Source of the DNA: an uncultured Bacteroidota bacterium
GTDB taxonomy: Bacteria > Bacteroidota > Ignavibacteria > UBA10030 > UBA6906
Length of the DNA: 64,000 nucleotides
Assembly: GCA_963734955.1 (NCBI GenBank)
Contig: CAVTJO010000011.1
Span: 70,228-134,227 of the forward strand
Reading direction: 5' to 3'
The translations under genes were made by a program, and so were the position numbers. Every line of letters starts with the position of its first letter. Position 1 is the stretch's first letter. The notes under the pieces were generated by a model that did no database searches, had not been told where the DNA came from, and worked only from the letters and a program-made list of their open reading frames with translations. Shown one piece after another: positions 57,559-64,000 of the stretch.

Positions 57559-58083
57559 TCAGACTGACGTGGATTCCTTCCAGGCACGAACGAGCCGTTC
57601 AATCTGTTTCAGATGATTGATGTCGTGTCCTGCCGCCATTTCGGTCATCCGCGTGATGGTCTCCTTGCCGCGCTCAGAATGCATCCCGTAGTAGTTCCAC
57701 ATCTTGGCCGGCAACGATCTCAACAGCCGGACGTTGCGCTCACGCATGGCACGGTACGCTTCGAATGACAGCCGCGGGTCGTGCGTATCGTAGCGTGAGT
57801 ATGCCGCCCACACATCCTGGTCGAACGCCTGAATTGGTGTTCCATTCGATCCGAGGATCAACCGCATTCGGAATCCCGTAACGACCTCCGCATCCGCAAG
57901 GTGGGCAAGGATCATTGCCACCGACCATTTGCCCGGTCCGGGTTGGGTCCTCAGCGTTGTCTTTGGAACCCCGCGAAGAAGCTTCGCGATCTTCCGGGGA
58001 GTCGAGGAGAGGATCGCCATTGGCTCCTTCCACTGCTGATAGCTGAGGATACGCTTGATGTACTGCTGCGGGGTTTCCTGCAT
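57559..58083 (-). CDS. DinB/YfiT-like (DinB_2 superfamily) putative metal-dependent enzyme
   Basis: The 174 aa product has four-helix-bundle His motifs (ILAHLADAE, AAGHDINH). Confidence 0.6.
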   Translation of the reverse strand: MQETPQQYIKRILSYQQWKEPMAILSSTPRKIAKLLRGVPKTTLRTQPGPGKWSVAMILAHLADAEVVTGFRMRLILGSNGTPIQAFDQDVWAAYSRYDTHDPRLSFEAYRAMRERNVRLLRSLPAKMWNYYGMHSERGKETITRMTEMAAGHDINHLKQIERLVRAWKESTSV

Positions 58084-58104
58084 GATGTTTTCCCTTCGCT
58101 TGAG

Positions 58105-58993
58105 TTAATGCTGTGGTTTGATGTCGGAGAATTTCGCTTTCGAGGCCAGGGCCCTTGCAAACCTCAACGTGGAGCCCGGCTCGCTTGTGAAGAACAAGAA
58201 TGGCTCGATAAGTTCCAGCTCACCGAGCAGCAATTGATCCTTCACCTGAACCATATCCACACGGCTATACAGAAGATCACCTTCGACCAATGCAACCACG
58301 TCCGCCGCGGCCTTGACCTGAGCATCCGATGGAGTTGCCCGTATGGCAGATCCTCCAAACGATTCCTGGGTTCTATAATCCCCGTCGGCAGGTTTCTTCA
58401 GAACCGCATGGCTGAATTTCCGGTCAAAGAACACGAATGACCATTCTCCCGACTCCTGGATCTCCCGCATGAATGGTTGCACCAACGCACCCGATTCCCG
58501 CGCCATCGCCTCGAACTCAACCTGGTATGCATCAGCTTCTTGCTGTAATACCCTGTGTGTACGATGGCTCGACGCGGATACACAAGGTTTGACGATCACC
58601 TCATCCCATCCGCAGCGCACCGACAATATCCCTGAGAGCCACATCGCTCTGTTCGCCGACGAGATAGGTCGGGACAATGGGAACACCGCGTCGCTCCAAG
58701 TCTTTCAGATATCGCTTATGGTGGTTCCACCGTACGGTCTCTATTGGATTCCAGATCGAAACCCGGTGGGATTCAAGATGCCGCAGCCATTGAAGGAATT
58801 CGTTGATACGAAGATGATAGTCCCAGCATGACCGGATGACGCATGCGTCAAAGCTCTCCCAGTCAGTGCTCTTCGAATCCCATTGCACAGCGGACGCTTC
58901 AACCCCCATTTCATGCAAGACCGGCACAAGGAGTCGATCGTCATCCGTGAGATGCGGATGGTTGCAATCAGTGACAAGGGCAGCTGATTTCAC
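58105..58993 (-). CDS. ATP-grasp-family ligase split by a frameshift near 58600-58640
   Basis: ORF 58601..58993 is the pre-ATP-grasp N-domain. ORF 58105..58686 in another frame resumes with VIVKPCVSASSHRTHRV...., the ATP-grasp core. The two ORFs overlap by 86 bp. Confidence 0.55.
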
Positions 58994-59508
58994 GGCCGAT
59001 TTCTTCCCAGTGCCACAATTCTGGCAATATGGTGATCATCATGCTCGGCCATGAAGTAGCACCAATCCACGACTCTCATCGGGATGTTGAGCCGGGGGTG
59101 AAGTGCCGACCGCCCGACTTCTTCGTCGGTCAACGCCTCCAGCTGACTCACAAGGTTGCGGCGTGCCTTCCTGAACTCCTCGAGGATCTTGTGTATGGGG
59201 GTTGCGTTGTGGTTTGCCTCGTGGGTTTTGCGGTTCGTCATATCTGCGGCAGTGAGAACGGCAGCGCCTGAACGAAAATCATTCAACCGCTGCTCCCAGA
59301 GCGCTTCCATATCCCAGAGATGTCCGGCGTGTTCCTGAATGGACCAACCGCCGTCAAACCGCCTGGTCAGGATTGCCGGAGGCGATTGCCTGATAATCTC
59401 CTCCAACCGTGCGGGGGTGCCACGCATGCGCTCGACGACGCAGGGGAAAATACCGATGGGATAATCAAAGGTGAATTTGCGCTCGACCCACTGTGTTTGC
59501 TTAACCAT
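58990..59508 (-). CDS. DinB-family (DinB_2) protein
   Basis: The 172 aa product has the motifs WSIQEHAGHLWDME and MAEHDDHHIARI. Its stop overlaps the ATP-grasp start by 4 bp. Confidence 0.6.
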   Translation of the reverse strand: MVKQTQWVERKFTFDYPIGIFPCVVERMRGTPARLEEIIRQSPPAILTRRFDGGWSIQEHAGHLWDMEALWEQRLNDFRSGAAVLTAADMTNRKTHEANHNATPIHKILEEFRKARRNLVSQLEALTDEEVGRSALHPRLNIPMRVVDWCYFMAEHDDHHIARIVALGRNRP

Positions 59509-59826
59509 GATTCTCCTCTTGCCTCACTCTGTAGTTACCCTGGGGTCCACTAACCGGGCGTTGAAAGTTGCCGGCATATCATTGCGAGCCGAATTTGGGG
59601 TTGGCAACAAGGTATCAACTTATCTCAAGATCGTCAACACCGCGGAGGGGCGACGGCAGAGTGCGCGGGACGGATGGGCCTTGACCCCGTTCATTGAGTA
59701 CGGTAATGGACTGTTGATGCTCAGCCGGAATGAGTGGGAGGTCCTTGAGCGGGAGTGATCGACATTTGCCGTGGTGGAGTGGTGGATCGGCTGCACGAGA
59801 CGCCGTTCGAGCGCGGATTCACAGGT

Positions 59827-60975
59827 TCACCCTTCCACAAGATTGACGAGCTCAAACATCGGCATGTACATCGAGATGAGGATGACGGCAACAAGGATTC
59901 CCAACAAGAGGATGATGACGGGCTCAATGATTGATGAGAGGCTCTCCACCCTCGCATCCAGTTCTTTCTCGTAGTAGTCGGCAACTTTCAGGAGCATTGA
60001 ATCCAGCTCACTGGTTTCCTCCCCGACCGCGATCATTTCCGCGACCAGCGGAGGGAACACCTTTGAATCGATCATGGGTTCTGCAACAGTCCGCCCTTGC
60101 TTTACGCGCCTCAGAATCTGCCCAATCTCCCGCTTGATGTCGCGTTGCGACGAAATTCTTTCACCTATGGAAAGAGCCTCGACAAGTGAAACCTCCGATT
60201 GCAGTAACACTCCAAGTGTCCGGCAGAATCTGGCGACGTGGTTCTTGAGAATCAAGTTGCCCAATACTGGCAACCGTAACACGACCCCCGCCAACCTCTG
60301 CCTGAAGATCGCTGACACCAGAATTCGCCGGAGAAGGAAAAGGCCCGCGGCCAGCCCCAACACAAGCTTCGGTCCATGATCAACCATCAATGTGCTCAGA
60401 TGAAGTACCACGGTTGTCGAATACGGCAACTCCACCTGAAAACTCTTGAACATCTCCGCAAACGTCGGCACAATAAACACAAGCAGGAATATCACCGCAC
60501 AGCACGCCACACAGGTGACGAGAATGGGGTATGTCATGGCCTGCAGGATCTTTCTCTTCAGACCGCTTACCTTTTCAAGGTATTGGGCGAGATGTGCCAG
60601 CACATCAGGAAGCCTCCCGCTCTCCTGACCGACCTCGGCAGACACAACGAAGAGCTCTTCAAATACACCTGGTCTGGAACGAAGAGCCCGGGAAAAGGAG
60701 CTTCCTCTCAGGACTTCCTTATAAAGGTGTTGAATTAGCTCTTCCATCCTGTGATTGGTCGCTTGACGTCTCAGCACATCAAGGGCGCGATGAAGAGAAA
60801 CCCTTGCCTGCAGCATGACAGCAAGCTGCGTGCAAAATTCTGCCTTGTCTTTGTCAGAGACACTCCGGTGAAGGAAATGCTTCAGGCTTTCGAGCAGCAC
60901 CGGTTGTTTCTCTCTTCTCCTGCAAACGGCCGGACGAGGTGCTACGAGCCGTTCAACGTCAATTGCCTGCTGCAT
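59827..60975 (-). CDS. type II secretion / type IV pilus platform protein (GspF/PilC family)
   Basis: The 382 aa product has two T2SSF repeats and three TMs, and ends in the typical MYMPMF..L. Confidence 0.75.
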   Translation of the reverse strand: MQQAIDVERLVAPRPAVCRRREKQPVLLESLKHFLHRSVSDKDKAEFCTQLAVMLQARVSLHRALDVLRRQATNHRMEELIQHLYKEVLRGSSFSRALRSRPGVFEELFVVSAEVGQESGRLPDVLAHLAQYLEKVSGLKRKILQAMTYPILVTCVACCAVIFLLVFIVPTFAEMFKSFQVELPYSTTVVLHLSTLMVDHGPKLVLGLAAGLFLLRRILVSAIFRQRLAGVVLRLPVLGNLILKNHVARFCRTLGVLLQSEVSLVEALSIGERISSQRDIKREIGQILRRVKQGRTVAEPMIDSKVFPPLVAEMIAVGEETSELDSMLLKVADYYEKELDARVESLSSIIEPVIILLLGILVAVILISMYMPMFELVNLVEG

Positions 60976-61453
60976 TCCGGACCTTCATTGATTGCTCAAA
61001 GTGTTGTTTCGAACTGCGCGGCGCTGAGACACGCACCAAAGCGTTGGCGTCACTTGTTCCTATCTCCACAGTCACATTGTCGGTTGGATCGGTTGTGAGA
61101 TGCACGAGGAGATCATTTTGCACTACCTCACACACGGGGACGCGATTACGCCATATGCCACCCTTGCTGAACTGGTAGACAACCTGCTTACCCAGTCCGT
61201 GCCTCAACACAAGCGTTGAGTCGGTCATCTCGCACACTGATCTCGATCTCTGTATGTCGAGTGCAACCCGCTGGGTAACACCATTCACAAGACTGTGGAT
61301 TTCGTTCCTCCTCCCCCACGTGTCCAAGAACTTGCCTGTGAACTGAAACAGCGAAAGCCCGAAGCTGAGAAGCATTGAGCTCACCATCAAGACAATAAGG
61401 ATCTCCGGGATCGTGAAGCCCTCTTCACGGCCCAGTGATTGACACCATGTCAT
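60959..61453 (-). CDS. prepilin-type N-terminal cleavage/methylation domain pseudopilin
   Basis: The prepilin motif is GFTIPEILIVLMVSSMLLSF. The start is probably Met14. Confidence 0.6.
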   Translation of the reverse strand: MTWCQSLGREEGFTIPEILIVLMVSSMLLSFGLSLFQFTGKFLDTWGRRNEIHSLVNGVTQRVALDIQRSRSVCEMTDSTLVLRHGLGKQVVYQFSKGGIWRNRVPVCEVVQNDLLVHLTTDPTDNVTVEIGTSDANALVRVSAPRSSKQHFEQSMKVRNAAGN

Positions 61454-61806
61454 CGCTGTACCAGAAACGTCTTTTGAAGGGCAACCAGACACTTGTCCCG
61501 ATTCTTGACTGAAGCGACTGACACATTCACCAGCACGAGGTTTCCATCCATCCTGACGTCCTTCTGAACAACAACTCCACCATTGATGGTGTCCCCCCTT
61601 CCCGATATTTCATTCTGTGGGACGACTGAACACATTTCGCCCTCGGCAATCCGGAGCGCCTGGTGCAACATATCCGATCTGTTCGACAGCATGAGGGTGC
61701 CGACTGCCGCTCCGAGCGGGATGAGTACGCCCACAAAAAGCGACGTCGCGACAACGGTTTCAAGCAACGTGAAGCCGGATTCGTCCACCAGGTATTTCAA
61801 CATCTT
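61450..61806 (-). CDS. prepilin-type N-terminal domain pseudopilin
   Basis: The prepilin motif is GFTLLETVVATSLFVGVLIPL. The start is at internal Met36 (MKML). Confidence 0.55.
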   Translation of the reverse strand, partial: KMLKYLVDESGFTLLETVVATSLFVGVLIPLGAAVGTLMLSNRSDMLHQALRIAEGEMCSVVPQNEISGRGDTINGGVVVQKDVRMDGNLVLVNVSVASVKNRDKCLVALQKTFLVQR

Positions 61807-63194
61807 CATAGCCAATCGAGTATATCCAAGCCCGAGTTGGTGGAAAACAATGTCGGCACAAGGAAGCTCGTGGGCAACGCCGGGCGGTCTATCAAGCCAT
61901 TTCTGACCCACCCAAGGTACTGTGTAGGTGCTTCATAAAAATAGAAGTCTTTTGTAAATACTGTCCCGATCACTGTTCCGTGAAGCGTTGCTCTGCTATC
62001 CGAATAGACAGCGCCAATCACAAGTGCTCGCGGCTCAATCTCAATGATATTTTCCTGAGGCGAGTCCGGGCCTGTCCCTGTAAGAACGACCACCCCATCA
62101 ATGCGGGCACCACCGCATATCCGGATCTTCTGTGATCTGCTGGCAGAATCAACAGGGAAGGAGATTATTGCGGATGGATACGTCGCCACCGATGCACTGT
62201 CGGCCTGAACAAAGGGCGACACAACCTGACCGAGAAGGAATGAGCCGGGCTCAAGTTCAACGCTTTCCTCGCTCACAATCATGGCGTGCTCGACGTTCAC
62301 GCCTCCAGACAATGTGATCTTCTGCGAAGCAAAGAGACAAATCAATCCCTGAACCACCGCGCCAGACAGGAGCTCGATTCTTCCACTCACGGCGATCAGC
62401 AAACGTCTCTCTCGTCTCACAACCGTTCCCACAATTGATACATTCCCTCCAACGTGGACCGTCTGCACGGAGTCGGGGATTGTTCCCACATCAAGCTGCA
62501 TGGATCCCGTCGAGCCCGGTGATAGCCTGATTCCGGGAACACACACTCCGCTCAGGAGTTTCCGGCACGCAGAAATTTCTGATTGTATTTGTCCGGTTTC
62601 AACTTTCGGGAGGGGCGGAGATGGCAATTCTGTAACGTTTCCGGCAACCGGTACTCTGGTCGGAGCAAGTGCATTTTTCAGACTTCCAGTTGTCACTCCG
62701 CCCCGACCGACAAGAACATCACCCGTTATTGACGAAGATCCGGCAAACACGAGCTCATGATCTACATTCGCAAATACCAATGCGTAGGCGAATGGATCAG
62801 GAGGGTGAACCGCAACAAGCGCAATTCGTTTTGAGCCGAACTTCCCCGACCTTGCTACTGAACGCACTACCCGGAACACCCCCCACGGCTCCATTGACAC
62901 TTCTGCTTCACTGCCATCTTCAAACGTAATGGTCTCATTGCCTGGCCAGCCCGTACCAGCCGACTTGTCGACGGACCCACTTCTCGCAAGAAACATCGCG
63001 ATTCCGCTTTGGGCAGCGTACTCTGCTTTCACCTGCCCGATTTGGCGCAATGCCTGTTGATGCTGGAACAACAGTAGGGAAAGAACGCAGGCAGCCATAA
63101 GGGACAAGACGGTTATGAGAAGAAGGATCGAAGGCAACGCATGACCTTGTTCGGACTTCACCACCGTTCTGAGATGAAGAACGTTGCTTGTCAT
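61806..63194 (-). CDS. hypothetical protein with N-terminal TM, in the T2SS/T4P-like locus (possible large minor pilin)
   Basis: The 462 aa ORF has an N-terminal hydrophobic helix (ALPSILLLITVLSLMAACVLSLLLF). I recognise no other family. Confidence 0.4.
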   Translation of the reverse strand: MTSNVLHLRTVVKSEQGHALPSILLLITVLSLMAACVLSLLLFQHQQALRQIGQVKAEYAAQSGIAMFLARSGSVDKSAGTGWPGNETITFEDGSEAEVSMEPWGVFRVVRSVARSGKFGSKRIALVAVHPPDPFAYALVFANVDHELVFAGSSSITGDVLVGRGGVTTGSLKNALAPTRVPVAGNVTELPSPPLPKVETGQIQSEISACRKLLSGVCVPGIRLSPGSTGSMQLDVGTIPDSVQTVHVGGNVSIVGTVVRRERRLLIAVSGRIELLSGAVVQGLICLFASQKITLSGGVNVEHAMIVSEESVELEPGSFLLGQVVSPFVQADSASVATYPSAIISFPVDSASRSQKIRICGGARIDGVVVLTGTGPDSPQENIIEIEPRALVIGAVYSDSRATLHGTVIGTVFTKDFYFYEAPTQYLGWVRNGLIDRPALPTSFLVPTLFSTNSGLDILDWL

Positions 63195-63227
63195 GTTGGT
63201 CTGGTCATTGGTCGCCGGGCAGGTGCA

Positions 63228-63689
63228 TTACTCACCTGGCAATTCCCACTCATCGTTTTTTTTCTGATACGTATAACGAACCATACGATCATGTATCTTC
63301 CATACTTTCACACCAGCCAATGTATCCCCCTCGTGCACGAAAAATACGACACCATCACTCCTTTCAAGGATGGCCGTCTTGACCTTGTCTGCAAATAGCA
63401 CACCGGTGAGTTTCATTGGGGGCGGAGTCCACGCTGCCAACGTCGCCGAATATACTGCCCTCTTTGTAGAATCCTTCCTGGCGGAAACAACGTATCTGAA
63501 TGGATCCCGGACATCACTCGCATAGACATACGGCACAGGCATTTCTTTGCCCGACATGTCGATTCGTGAAGCAGGAGCGGCAACATCCCCATATACCTGA
63601 ACGATGGAGACGTACACTTGGTATCCAATACTTCCCCACACCGCGATAACCAACACAGCAAGCACCCGGGTCAGCTTCTTGTTTTTCAT
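63228..63689 (-). CDS. hypothetical membrane-anchored protein (GspC/PilP-like position)
   Basis: The 153 aa ORF has an N-terminal TM (LTRVLAVLVIAVWGSIGYQVY). Confidence 0.35.
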   Translation of the reverse strand: MKNKKLTRVLAVLVIAVWGSIGYQVYVSIVQVYGDVAAPASRIDMSGKEMPVPYVYASDVRDPFRYVVSARKDSTKRAVYSATLAAWTPPPMKLTGVLFADKVKTAILERSDGVVFFVHEGDTLAGVKVWKIHDRMVRYTYQKKNDEWELPGE

Positions 63690-64000
63690 TACAAACTTCG
63701 TTCGGGCAATGTGTGTGCCACGCCTTCAACATCCGCGTGAACCTCTGATCTGACGTTCGACCGGAGAGCAAGCTCGACCTTGTTGATGTTGATTGCCATA
63801 TGGCCTGACTCCAGAGCGTTGATATAGACTCCGATCTCATGGAAACCAGCATTCAGACTGATGCGAAAGCAGATGTTCTCAAATTGGCCTTCGCGTTCCA
63901 TTCTCATCGGACGAAGGGATTCGATATGCACCCCCGTTGTCTTAGCTTTCCGGGTCAACAGCTCGATAACACCGGTCTGGCTCTTGTCAAACTCCCCTCT
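63689..64000 (-). CDS. 3' part of a gene running off the window end (hypothetical, T2SS/T4P-like locus)
   Basis: The open frame continues to position 64000. The C-terminal 100+ aa are protein-like. The gene is partial. Confidence 0.3.
   Translation of the reverse strand, partial: RGEFDKSQTGVIELLTRKAKTTGVHIESLRPMRMEREGQFENICFRISLNAGFHEIGVYINALESGHMAININKVELALRSNVRSEVHADVEGVAHTLPERSL

Noticed and set aside
59471-59758. 95-aa plus-strand ORF between the DinB gene and GspF
   Set aside because: It lacks an RBS and any recognisable motif, and the N-terminus is hydrophobic noise. It is possibly a small protein, but I could not support it.
1-64000. CRISPR arrays, rRNA genes, integrase or transposase genes
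   Set aside because: I found no regularly spaced direct repeats with unique spacers, no rRNA-like conserved blocks, and no ORF with integrase, transposase or recombinase motifs. Mobility is inferred only from repeats and gene remnants.

Overview
This window looks like a high-GC (roughly 55-58% by eye) chromosomal segment from an anaerobic Bacteroidota/Ignavibacteriota-like bacterium. I infer that lineage from several secreted proteins ending in the T9SS C-terminal sorting domain (NYPNPFNP...SGVYFYRL...KKLLLLK), a CarboxypepD_reg-type TonB-dependent receptor and a membrane-anchored AraC regulator.

The main content is a ~26.7 kb array of 23 genes, all on the minus strand (9291..35955), that reads as an anaerobic aromatic (benzoyl-CoA) degradation island. 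Reading in the direction of transcription it contains:
- leuB and leuC;
- a MarR regulator, a thiolase and a 3-hydroxyacyl-CoA dehydrogenase/enoyl-CoA hydratase fusion;
- leuD and a truncated LeuA-like synthase;
- an Oah/BamA-like ring-opening hydrolase;
- a decayed SDR gene, a hypothetical gene and a hemerythrin-like gene;
- a Dch-like hydratase followed by a four-gene class I benzoyl-CoA reductase set in bcrCBAD order;
- an embedded T9SS-secreted repeat protein;
- an MDR alcohol dehydrogenase (Had-like), an acyl-CoA dehydrogenase and indolepyruvate:ferredoxin oxidoreductase iorAB;
- a 4-hydroxybenzoyl-CoA-reductase-like molybdoenzyme, with 2Fe-2S and Mo subunits fused and a Cys-rich loop in the FAD subunit.

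The left end carries two toxin-antitoxin loci. One is higBA. The other is a tripartite hipB-hipS-hipT module bracketed by ~85-bp direct repeats that belong to a local repeat family.

The right third holds:
- outer-membrane and periplasmic proteins (a CBM9/DUF5916-like barrel, a signal-peptide DJ-1/PfpI with a heavy-metal-binding domain, and a signal-peptide rubrerythrin);
- a metal-type two-component system plus CDF exporter, PhoU and an SPFH protein;
- a degraded accessory patch (hsdR C-terminal remnant, membrane protein with coupled HTH, cNMP-binding protein with MBL hydrolase, a hairpin-repeat cluster, and DinB/ATP-grasp/DinB);
- the start of a T2SS/T4P-like locus.

At least six genes are split by seven single-base frameshifts. 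That points either to indel sequencing errors or to real gene decay.

I did not recognise any rRNA, tRNA or CRISPR array.
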